Below are positions 1-8,844 of a stretch of 26,954 nt of DNA, piece by piece. The notes beneath the pieces were generated by a model. That model was not told the origin of the DNA, did no database searches, and worked only from the letters and a program-made list of their open reading frames with translations. Source of the DNA: Sulfurimonadaceae bacterium. Its GTDB lineage: Bacteria > Campylobacterota > Campylobacteria > Campylobacterales > Sulfurimonadaceae. Position 1 is the first letter of the stretch, and every line of letters begins with the position of its first letter. The DNA lies in NCBI GenBank assembly GCA_041548245.1, contig JBFESZ010000020.1, positions 1 through 26,954 on the forward strand. Reading direction: 5' to 3'. The position numbers were made by a program, and so were the translations under genes.

Positions 1-606
1 AATCCCCACCTTCGTAGCCATTGTTTTGTCCCATTGGCGTGTTTTAAGAGAAAACACACCCGTAGTACCTGCATTGGAAGGATCAGTCGCGATCACATTG
101 CAGAGCTTAGCTAGTACCCAGTCACTGATCATTGAGATATTGGCTGTTCTCTCGTAGAGTGAAGGTCTGTTCTGTTTTACCCAAAGCAGACGGGGAAGGG
201 CACCCAGGGCAAAGGTCTGTCCGCTTATGTCATAAAACTCTCTTTCAAGACCGGGAAAGATACGGTTGAGGTAGGCGACTTCTTTATCGGCACGTGCATC
301 GACGTTGGCAACGCCAAAAAGCTCCTTATTGTCGTCGTCGTACAAAACAATTCCTTCACGCATACTAGTCGCTGTTACCGCTTTGATTTCAGAAGCCGAT
401 ATATTTGCATTCTTGATAGCTGCTTGAATACAGTTGGAAATTATTGCCCAGTTTGTTCTTGTATCAAATCCCATAGAGTTTAACACACCTTTTTCTGGAA
501 GATGGACCCACTCTTGTTGAGAAATACCGACCTGATTTCCTTGTGCGTCAAAGATAATCGCTCTTCCACTCCCGGTGCCTGCATCGATTGTCAAAAAATA
601 TGCCAT
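1..606 (-). CDS. lsrK: Autoinducer-2 (DPD) kinase, FGGY carbohydrate kinase family; N-terminal 202 codons, continues past the left edge
   Basis: Not in the ORF track. Manual translation from ATG at 606: MAYFLTIDAGTGSGRAIIFDAQGNQVGISQQEWVHL...ATSMREGIVLYD...ANVDARA...SGQTFALGALPRLLW...MISDW...DPSNAGTTG. These blocks match the LsrK motifs I recall (DAGTGS, SMREGIVLY, ANVDARA, PRLLW, DPSNAGTTG). SD-like AGAGGA upstream. Confidence 0.9.
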   Translation of the reverse strand, partial: MAYFLTIDAGTGSGRAIIFDAQGNQVGISQQEWVHLPEKGVLNSMGFDTRTNWAIISNCIQAAIKNANISASEIKAVTATSMREGIVLYDDDNKELFGVANVDARADKEVAYLNRIFPGLEREFYDISGQTFALGALPRLLWVKQNRPSLYERTANISMISDWVLAKLCNVIATDPSNAGTTGVFSLKTRQWDKTMATKVGI

Positions 607-634
607 CTGTTTTCCTCTGTTGTAAAGTAGAAGT

Positions 635-643
635 ATTTTATCA
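635..643 (-). promoter_or_regulatory. Extended -10 promoter (TGnTAAAAT) for lsrK
   Basis: Minus strand reads TGATAAAAT, 28 nt upstream of the start codon; fits the Campylobacterota sigma70 extended -10 pattern. Confidence 0.6.
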
Positions 644-800
644 ACTTTTACTTAATGGTATCTCGAGCAGGGTTAGTACGATGTAAGGTTTTTGGCTTAT
701 ATATATCTCTTGTTATAGAAGAGTTTAGTTTGAAAAATATTATATGAAGGGATGAAGAATCATACAGGCATAATCATTTTGCTCGAGGAATAGAAGTTTA

Positions 801-849
801 GGGTCGATATTTGAAAAAAGGCCAATTTAGACCTTTTTACGCTCGACCC
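801..849 (-). terminator. Probable intrinsic terminator overlapping the stop codon of the 45-aa ORF
   Basis: Minus strand AAAAAGGTC-TAAATT-GGCCTTTTTT (stem with one G-U pair, U-run), flanked by an outer GGGTCGA/TCGACCC inverted repeat (801-807 and 843-849). Confidence 0.6.
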
Positions 850-964
850 GTTTTAAAGAGTAGTTGTTGATGTGTTCATGATGTGCATAATTTTTTGCAT
901 CACGAATATTTACAAATGAGCCTCTAAACCTTCCTTTATGATCGATCAGATAAATACTTTGCAT
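827..964 (-). CDS. Small basic hypothetical protein, 45 aa (MQSIYLIDHKGRFRGSFVNIRDAKNYAHHEHINNYSLKRVERKKV)
   Basis: Below the ORF-track cutoff. ATG at 964 preceded by AGGAG (971-975) with a 6-nt spacer; TAA at 827-829 sits inside a terminator hairpin; candidate -10 upstream. Confidence 0.7.
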   Translation of the reverse strand: MQSIYLIDHKGRFRGSFVNIRDAKNYAHHEHINNYSLKRVERKKV

Positions 965-992
965 TGTTGACTCCTGATATTTAAATGATGAT

Positions 993-1023
993 AGTCTATG
1001 TTGTGATTGTGTTGCTATTGTGT
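993..1023 (-). promoter_or_regulatory. Candidate promoter for the small ORF: -10 TAGACT plus ACACAAT-N4-ACACAAT direct repeat
   Basis: TAGACT at 998-993 (minus strand); ATTGTGT on plus at 1006-1012 and 1017-1023 (11-bp period), covering the -35 region. Confidence 0.45.
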
Positions 1024-1074
1024 GATGAAACTTAGTCTTGAGAAGGCAGGGAGTCGTAGTTTGAGAAAACTGCT

Positions 1075-1398
1075 TTAGGAGTTGTATGCTTTGTCAAAAG
1101 CTTCCTGGTTCCACGAGCGTAGGATCTTTCCTTTTACGACAAGCAGGGGAATCTTTTTCCCGCCCATGCCAAGAAACTTTTTTTCAGCGCTTTTTGACTT
1201 TTCAAGATTATATTCTGTAAATTTTATTTTGTTTATCTTCATATAGATCTTAGCGTCCTGGCAGTGAGGACAGAAAGAAGCTGTATATATCTCTACCTCA
1301 GTAGATTTTGAACTGCTTTGCTTATGCTTTGCTCTGGCTTTGGACGAATTGGAGTTCTGGTTGCCATTGAACTTTCTGTTATTGGTCCGACGTGCCAT
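1075..1398 (-). CDS. Glutaredoxin/NrdH-like redoxin with a basic low-complexity N-terminal extension
   Basis: VEIYTASFCPHCQDAK (CPHC dithiol) and GGKKIPLLVV (cis-Pro segment); start overlaps the pgpA stop (TAATG). Confidence 0.85.
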   Translation of the reverse strand: MARRTNNRKFNGNQNSNSSKARAKHKQSSSKSTEVEIYTASFCPHCQDAKIYMKINKIKFTEYNLEKSKSAEKKFLGMGGKKIPLLVVKGKILRSWNQEAFDKAYNS

Positions 1399-1913
1399 TA
1401 AACACCGATAAACATAAACACAATTTTCATGACAAGTGCTGTCAACACACCAGCGGCAACTCCAGCGACGACATCATCGCCCATAACGCCCATGCCACCT
1501 TTTGCTTCTCGGTCTAAGCGGCCGATGATTGAAGGTTTTACTATGTCAAAATATCTGAAAAAGGCAAAACTCAGTAGGATAGAAAGCCATAGTGTCCAAT
1601 GGGTCATGTAGTCACTGTAGGCTTGTACGGGTATTTGTGCCAAAGGTGCGATCGCAATCGTCATGCTTAACCACATCCCGGCAAGCTCGTCAATAACGAT
1701 TTGCCTATTGTCATGAATACCACCAGCTTTTTCATAGTCATTGACAAGTTTATAGCCTGCGACAGTGGCTAACAAAGCACCTAAAAAGAGTGTGGTCGCA
1801 TCCATGAATGTCAAGATAAGTATTCCCAAAATCAAAGCGACAAAAGAGCCAACAGTACCGGGTGCTTTAGGAGATAATCCGCTGTAACCGATAGTGAGTA
1901 AAAACCAATTCAT
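1398..1913 (-). CDS. pgpA: Phosphatidylglycerophosphatase A
   Basis: Motifs SGLSPKAPGTVGS, IVIDELAGM, FRYFDIVKP, GVMGDDVVAG; hydrophobic protein. Confidence 0.95.
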   Translation of the reverse strand: MNWFLLTIGYSGLSPKAPGTVGSFVALILGILILTFMDATTLFLGALLATVAGYKLVNDYEKAGGIHDNRQIVIDELAGMWLSMTIAIAPLAQIPVQAYSDYMTHWTLWLSILLSFAFFRYFDIVKPSIIGRLDREAKGGMGVMGDDVVAGVAAGVLTALVMKIVFMFIGV

Positions 1914-1920
1914 ATGTGTC

Positions 1921-3111
1921 CTATGTTAATGATGTAGTCTGATAAAGTTTCATCAGCTCAAGATAAAAGTCTTTTTCACTGTGCTCTTCAAGAAGCCCGG
2001 TAATCGGCAAGATGTCATTATAGAGCTTTTCTAGGTTCTTGAAGCGGTTTGGAAAAAGTTTTGAGAGGGTGAGTGCCGATATCTCTTTACGCATAAGCAC
2101 AGCCGGTGGAAGAAGGCCGAGCTTCAAAAGTTCAAGTATTGATTCGGAATGGTAGGCTATATGATGATGCTGGCCATGCGGACATGTCTGAGTCGAGACG
2201 AGAGTCTTGCACTCATTACAGTAGACATATTCAGCAGAGATATTGATATTGATATCGATTCCGACCAGTTTGTCAACAATGGATTTATGAGAGTTCTGAT
2301 CATAATACATACCTACACCTGCATGGTTCTGACCTATTTTAAGAGCATCACATCCATAATTTTTAGCAACGATCGCATCGATAAGAACTTCATTATAGCC
2401 TGCAAAAATATAGGAGCTTTCCAAAGGAATCAACAGAACACGGTTTTTAGGTAGATAATGAGTGATAAAATATTCTAAGCACTCTTTACGTGTCTCGTAT
2501 ACAAGCTCTTTCTCGTTATAGGGCTTGAGCAAGAAAATAACAATCAAATCGGTTTTCTCTAATGTCTGCCTTATCAGGCGTTCATGGGCACGGTGAAGAG
2601 GATTTCCTGCCATCATAAGGGCCGTAGTATGTTGAGCGTTTATACGTGCTTTGGCATCATCGATCAGCTCTTTACTCTTGTCCAGGATGGAGTGATCTAT
2701 TTCGTAATCTCCGCTGATAGCATATTTTCCAAGGCGATCATAGGTGTTTTGAACACCGGGATGAGAGAGATCGTCCGTACCATAGATCTGTCGAACACGT
2801 TCACGTGGATTGATTTTAAAAATCTCATCAACGATGATATAGCCAAAATATTTTTTATCGACAAAAAGTTCGAGACGTTCACCTTCTTGTGCTGAAGCCA
2901 ATACTTCTTCATTTGTCTTTCCACCTGGAGAGAGGATGAAAGGAAAAGGAAAGGTTTTTCCATTGATAAGGCCTGTTTTTAAGACTTCGGTAGTCTCGGC
3001 CTTATTCATTAAGGAGGTCACAGGATGCAGGAGTCCTGCTTTTACGAGACGAAGTGCGGATGCTGCTTCTTGATCAAGGTGTAGTTCTCTATTTTTTCTT
3101 GATGATTCCAT
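1921..3111 (-). CDS. ATP sulfurylase (sulfate adenylyltransferase)-like protein with divergent active site (Cj1609-like)
   Basis: NPLHRAHE (HxxH), HPGV, HAGVG and the Zn-type YCNEC...TCPH motif are present. Canonical QTRN reads MAGN and GRDHAG reads GQNHAG. Confidence 0.8.
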   Translation of the reverse strand: MESSRKNRELHLDQEAASALRLVKAGLLHPVTSLMNKAETTEVLKTGLINGKTFPFPFILSPGGKTNEEVLASAQEGERLELFVDKKYFGYIIVDEIFKINPRERVRQIYGTDDLSHPGVQNTYDRLGKYAISGDYEIDHSILDKSKELIDDAKARINAQHTTALMMAGNPLHRAHERLIRQTLEKTDLIVIFLLKPYNEKELVYETRKECLEYFITHYLPKNRVLLIPLESSYIFAGYNEVLIDAIVAKNYGCDALKIGQNHAGVGMYYDQNSHKSIVDKLVGIDININISAEYVYCNECKTLVSTQTCPHGQHHHIAYHSESILELLKLGLLPPAVLMRKEISALTLSKLFPNRFKNLEKLYNDILPITGLLEEHSEKDFYLELMKLYQTTSLT

Positions 3112-3976
3112 ATTTTTTTCTTTTTTCCCAGAGACTTTTTCTAGATATTCCTAACTTTTTTGATAGTTCAGTGTCAGGAAACTTGTGTTGATAATTTAAC
3201 ACAATATATTTGACATAGTCCTCGATAGGTAAAATATCACCCTGTTCGATGACTTTATTGTCACTTTTCATCTCAACTGTTTTATAAGGGACCTCTTCTA
3301 CGACATCCGTACTTGAGACGATAACGCTTTTGCCTTCAATGAGATCCAAGAAAGGTTTTTTGTCTGTTTTCTTCAAAGCTTGAAAATCAGTGATATAGGT
3401 CAGACGTTCAGGATTGAGATTGGCGATATCATCAAGGGTACGTAAAGAGGCCAAAGAAAGAAAGTGCAGTGGGGACTTGCAACGGTTAAGTAGTTTAAAG
3501 GCAAAGGCATCAGCGTATTTTTGATAGTTTGAAAAAACAAAGATAGGAAGGTCTGCTTTTTCAAAGTCACATTCAACGTTTACAGAAGAGAAAGAGTGAT
3601 CGATATAACGCTGAAAGGTTGCATTTTGACGTTTCAACTGTTCATAATCTTGGAAATGGTCGATTTTACGGATAAGTTCTTCAATCATAAACGGTTTAAG
3701 TATATAGTCTTTCGCACCGGCTTTTAGAGGCTTGGAGACAGTGTCATTACTTACATAAGAGATCATTAAGATAACGACCGCATTTTTATACGCATCAATA
3801 ACAGGGTAGAAGTCTTGTCCCGAGATGTTGGTTGAAAGAAGCACAACATCATAAGGTTCGTTACGGAGGGCATCTTTGGTTGTCGATGCAAGGTCACATA
3901 CATGTCCAAGGTCACTTAGTTTTGCAGCAATACTCTGTGCAAGATAGATTTCGTTTTCTATAATTAATATTTTCAT
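3089..3976 (-). CDS. Atypical (pseudo-receiver) response regulator with C-terminal Fis-type HTH; HP1021/Cj1608 (CemR) family
   Basis: Receiver fold MKILIIENE...YDVVLLS (Ser48 in place of the phospho-Asp), GAKDYILKPF, Cys27; C-terminus DTELSKKLGISRKSLWEKRKKYGI; directly downstream of ispDF as in H. pylori and C. jejuni. Confidence 0.85.
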   Translation of the reverse strand: MKILIIENEIYLAQSIAAKLSDLGHVCDLASTTKDALRNEPYDVVLLSTNISGQDFYPVIDAYKNAVVILMISYVSNDTVSKPLKAGAKDYILKPFMIEELIRKIDHFQDYEQLKRQNATFQRYIDHSFSSVNVECDFEKADLPIFVFSNYQKYADAFAFKLLNRCKSPLHFLSLASLRTLDDIANLNPERLTYITDFQALKKTDKKPFLDLIEGKSVIVSSTDVVEEVPYKTVEMKSDNKVIEQGDILPIEDYVKYIVLNYQHKFPDTELSKKLGISRKSLWEKRKKYGIIKKK

Positions 3977-5094
3977 AAATTAGTCCAGTCTAGATATTTC
4001 AAGCTTGCGCTACTCTGTACAGCAACGCCTTCTTTACGGCCAATAAAGCCAAGTTTTTCCGTAGTAGTCGCTTTTACATTGCATAAAAACGGCTCGATTT
4101 CCAAGATTCTTGCCAGTGTAGAACGCATCTGCGCCTTGTATTGGCTTAATCTAGGTGTCTCTGCAATGATGGTGATATCAGCATTGACAATAACAAACCC
4201 ACAGTTATGCAATCTTTTTACACACTCTTGTAAGAGAAGTTTGGAATCGATGTCCTTATAGGTATTATCACTGTCAGGGAAAAGAGTCCCAATGTCACCC
4301 ATTCCTGATGCACCCAATAAGGCATCTATCAAGGAGTGAATCGCAACATCACCATCGCTATGTGCTTTAAACCCGAATGGTGAACTGATTTTGATCCCGC
4401 CTAAGAACATCTCTCTGTTATCCTCAAAGGCATGTACATCAAAACCGTTTCCAACGAGTGTGTCATTTGAAGGTGCACGCAAACAAGGGATGTTTTTCAT
4501 ATCACTGATACGCGTTATCTTGTGAGCGGACTCATCACCCTCGACTTCTATTCTTGTTCCTCCATAAGCAACTATTGCACTGCTTTCATCTGTAAACTCT
4601 TCGCCTGTCAATAAGGCATTTTTGAGGATTTCACTCTTGGAAAGCTGAGGCGTTTGGATACGTTTTAGCTTTTCTCTATCAATATTTTTCCCATCAAATG
4701 AGACTGTGTCATTCATACTTAGTACGGGAACAACAGAGTCTGCATTCTCTTTTGCTGCAACGAGTCTTTGAATAAGTTCTTCAGGGGGACAAGCCCTAGC
4801 AATATCGCTTACCATGACATAAGAAGTTGATACATGTTCAAGTGCATTTTTTAAGGATACTTGACGTGTGTCTCCCCCTTCGATAATGGTATGTTCACAA
4901 AAAGATTTCATATATTCGATTTCGTCTTTATGTGCTGTGATAATAATTTTTGAAAAAATATTCAAATCTTCAAATTTGTTTGTAACAAAATGCCACAAAG
5001 GCTGATGTTCTATGCGAAGCCACTGTTTTTTTACAGATGAACAAAAACGCGTAGAGTTCCCAGCTGCAAGTAGAATGAGTGTTAAATCAGACAA
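3973..5094 (-). CDS. ispDF: Bifunctional MEP cytidylyltransferase / MEcPP synthase
   Basis: IspD: LLAAGNSTRF..KKQW, GGDTRQVS, IQTPQ. IspF: GNGFDVH, HSDGDVAIH, GDIGTLFP, VKATTTEKLGFIGR. TTG start with AGGAG at 5100-5104. Confidence 0.97.
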   Translation of the reverse strand: MSDLTLILLAAGNSTRFCSSVKKQWLRIEHQPLWHFVTNKFEDLNIFSKIIITAHKDEIEYMKSFCEHTIIEGGDTRQVSLKNALEHVSTSYVMVSDIARACPPEELIQRLVAAKENADSVVPVLSMNDTVSFDGKNIDREKLKRIQTPQLSKSEILKNALLTGEEFTDESSAIVAYGGTRIEVEGDESAHKITRISDMKNIPCLRAPSNDTLVGNGFDVHAFEDNREMFLGGIKISSPFGFKAHSDGDVAIHSLIDALLGASGMGDIGTLFPDSDNTYKDIDSKLLLQECVKRLHNCGFVIVNADITIIAETPRLSQYKAQMRSTLARILEIEPFLCNVKATTTEKLGFIGRKEGVAVQSSASLKYLDWTNL

Positions 5095-5105
5095 AAATGC
5101 TCCTA

Positions 5106-5168
5106 TTTGTAACAGGTGTTACGAAATTATACACACAGAAAGCTTTCTTTTAACTTGTTTATGTTACA
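5106..5168. promoter_or_regulatory. ispDF-operon promoter (-10 TATAAT at 5131-5126, minus) with palindromic operator GTAACA-GG-TGTTAC and a third TGTTACA box
   Basis: TGTAACA 5108-5114, TGTTACG 5117-5123, TGTTACA 5162-5168. The palindrome covers the predicted start site (about 5119-5120). The boxes resemble the HP1021 box TGTT[A/T]C[A/T]. Confidence 0.65.
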
Positions 5169-5310
5169 TTCCGAAAAATAAATAAGAATTTTAAATTCTT
5201 AGGTTTTGTGCGTATATATTTGTGTAAGCTCATTTCGACTTTGCTTAAGTGAAAGTAAAATAGTTTTACTGAGTATATATTATTACGAAATACTTACTTT
5301 AGATGTGTAG

Positions 5311-6735
<1,425 letters not shown>

Positions 6736-6757
6736 TTTTAATAAAGGAAATACTTTA

Positions 6758-7930
6758 ATGACTGAACAAATAGTAAAAGATGCATTGTCAAAAGTTACGT
6801 ATCCTGGTTTTTCCAAAGATATCGTGACTTTTGGATTTGTAAAAGATATTCAGATTGATGGGACTAAGGTGTCTGTTGAAGTAGAAGTTACGTCATCAGC
6901 TCCTGAAGTTGCACAACAAATTGTAGAAGAGTCTACGACAGAGCTTAAGATGGCTGGAGCATCAGATGTTCAAATCAACATCAACGCACCAAAGATGCCA
7001 CGTGAGAGTTCATCGAAAGGCAAAAACATCGCTCCGCATGTTAAAAACTTTGTTATGGTAAGTTCTGGTAAAGGTGGAGTAGGTAAATCGACAACTTCTG
7101 TAAACCTTGCTATCGCACTTGCACAGCAAGGTAAAAAAGTTGGTCTTTTAGATGCTGATATCTATGGTCCGAATATTCCTCGTATGTTGGGCCTTGAAGG
7201 TGTTAAACCTGAGATTGAAGGAAATAAAGTGATTCCACTTAAGGCATATGGTATTGAGATGATGTCTATGGGTTCATTGATGGAAGAGGGACAGGCACTG
7301 ATCTGGCGTGGTTCTATGATCATGAAAGCGATTGAGCAGTTCCTACGTGACATTCTTTGGTCTGAATTGGATTGTTTGATTATTGATATGCCTCCGGGAA
7401 CAGGTGATGCACAGCTATCTCTGGCACAAGCAGTTCCAGTAACAGCGGGTATTACAGTGACGACACCTCAAATGGTCTCACTTGATGACTCACGCCGTTC
7501 ATTGAACATGTTTAACAAACTGCATATCCCAATTGCAGGAATTGTAGAGAATATGTCAGGCTTCATTGCTCCGGATACAGGTGTTGAATATGATATCTTT
7601 GGTAAGGGAACGACTCAGCCAATGGCCGATGAGTTTGATACGAAGATAATTGCTGAGATTCCAATCGAGCCAGCTGTTCGTGCAGGTGGAGACCAAGGTA
7701 AACCGGTTACTTTTGCTCAACCGGACTCTGAAACTGCTAAACGTTTTATGGCTGCGGCAGAAGCTCTTTGGGCTACAATCGAGAAGATCAATGAAGAAGG
7801 CGGCGTTGATAATTCGGCTGTTCAACCGACAACTCCTCCTGGAGTATCAGCTTGTTCTACTGGAGCAGCTCCACAACAAGCAACAGCACAAAGTGGCGGT
7901 TCTTGCGGTACAGGATGCGGCTGTCACTAA
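6758..7930 (+). CDS. mrp: Mrp/ApbC/NBP35 Fe-S cluster carrier ATPase with N-terminal DUF59-like domain and Cys-rich tail
   Basis: SGKGGVGKST deviant Walker A, DADIYGP, WRG, DMPPGTGD, VTTPQ, ENMS; AAGGA SD; 22 nt after thiC. Confidence 0.95.
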   Translation: MTEQIVKDALSKVTYPGFSKDIVTFGFVKDIQIDGTKVSVEVEVTSSAPEVAQQIVEESTTELKMAGASDVQININAPKMPRESSSKGKNIAPHVKNFVMVSSGKGGVGKSTTSVNLAIALAQQGKKVGLLDADIYGPNIPRMLGLEGVKPEIEGNKVIPLKAYGIEMMSMGSLMEEGQALIWRGSMIMKAIEQFLRDILWSELDCLIIDMPPGTGDAQLSLAQAVPVTAGITVTTPQMVSLDDSRRSLNMFNKLHIPIAGIVENMSGFIAPDTGVEYDIFGKGTTQPMADEFDTKIIAEIPIEPAVRAGGDQGKPVTFAQPDSETAKRFMAAAEALWATIEKINEEGGVDNSAVQPTTPPGVSACSTGAAPQQATAQSGGSCGTGCGCH

Positions 7931-7932
7931 AG

Positions 7933-7963
7933 TGATGTGAGTAATATCTCACATCATCTTTTT
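7933..7963 (+). terminator. Intrinsic terminator after thiC-mrp
   Basis: TGATGTGAG-TAATAT-CTCACATCA perfect 9-bp stem followed by TCTTTTT. Confidence 0.85.
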
Positions 7964-8029
7964 ACCAAATAACTTTCTTCTTGATTTTTCAAAACCTTCA
8001 CTTTATCTTGTTTTTAGCCAACTTTTCAT

Positions 8030-8035
8030 TATAAT
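8030..8035 (+). promoter_or_regulatory. -10 element for frdCAB
   Basis: TATAAT preceded by periodic T-tracts, located between the terminator and the SD GGAGAG (8055-8060). Confidence 0.55.
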
Positions 8036-8064
8036 GGTCCTATTATTAGTTTTTGGAGAGTATC

Positions 8065-8844
8065 ATGGAATCACAAGGTGTTATGACACGTGAAAATGAA
8101 GTGCGCGCCAAGTTGTACAAGAGTAAAATCCCAGCTTGGCTTGATTATTTACAGAGTGGGACAGGCCTTGTATTAGCACTTTTTATGTGGGGTCATATGA
8201 TCTTTGTCTCGACAATTTTGTTGGGGAAAGATGCCATGTATATGGTTGCCAAGTTTTTTGAAGGTGAGTATATTTTTGGCGAAAGTCATCCTGCCATTGT
8301 CATGGTCTTCACCGGCATTATCTTTTTTCTTTTTATCCTGCATGCTATTTTGGCTATGCGAAAATTTCCATCGAATTTTAGACAGTATAAACTCTTTCAT
8401 TCTCATATGATACGTATGAAGCACGCCGATACGACACTGTGGTATTACCAGGCAATTACGGGATTTATCATGCTCTTCCTGGGTTCTGTCCATCTTTACG
8501 TGATTTTGACGCATCCAGGTGAAATAGGTCCCTATGCTTCATCAGATAGGATGGTCACTGACTGGATGGCACCCTTGTATCTTATACTCTTAATTGCAGT
8601 CGAAGTACATGGGAGTATCGGTCTGTACAGGTTGGCGATAAAATGGGGATGGTTTGACGGGAAAAATCCTAAACTTAATCGAAAACGCTTGAAACAGGCA
8701 AAATATATAATGACATTTTTCTTTTTAACGCTGGGATTGGCTACCTGGATGATGTATGTGAAGATTGGGATTGAGCATAAAGACAGAGCCGGTGAAAGAT
8801 ATATTCCTAACACAGTAGCAGCTATGCAAGGCAAGGGACATTAA
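8065..8844 (+). CDS. frdC: Quinol:fumarate reductase diheme cytochrome b subunit (Wolinella type)
   Basis: LQSGTGL..LFMWGHM, LHAILAMRKFP, H.DTTLW, SVHL, AVEVHGSIGLYRLAIKWGWF: four heme-ligand His residues. ATG at 8065 after GGAGAG is preferred over the track's TTG at 8053. Confidence 0.93.
   Translation: MESQGVMTRENEVRAKLYKSKIPAWLDYLQSGTGLVLALFMWGHMIFVSTILLGKDAMYMVAKFFEGEYIFGESHPAIVMVFTGIIFFLFILHAILAMRKFPSNFRQYKLFHSHMIRMKHADTTLWYYQAITGFIMLFLGSVHLYVILTHPGEIGPYASSDRMVTDWMAPLYLILLIAVEVHGSIGLYRLAIKWGWFDGKNPKLNRKRLKQAKYIMTFFFLTLGLATWMMYVKIGIEHKDRAGERYIPNTVAAMQGKGH

Noticed and set aside
662..787. CTCGAGCA/TGCTCGAG inverted repeat about 110 bp apart, as possible MITE ends
   Set aside because: Only 8 bp, no target-site duplication and no second copy in the window.
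8053..8064. TTG start for frdC given by the ORF track
   Set aside because: The GGAGAG SD lies within these codons and points to ATG at 8065.
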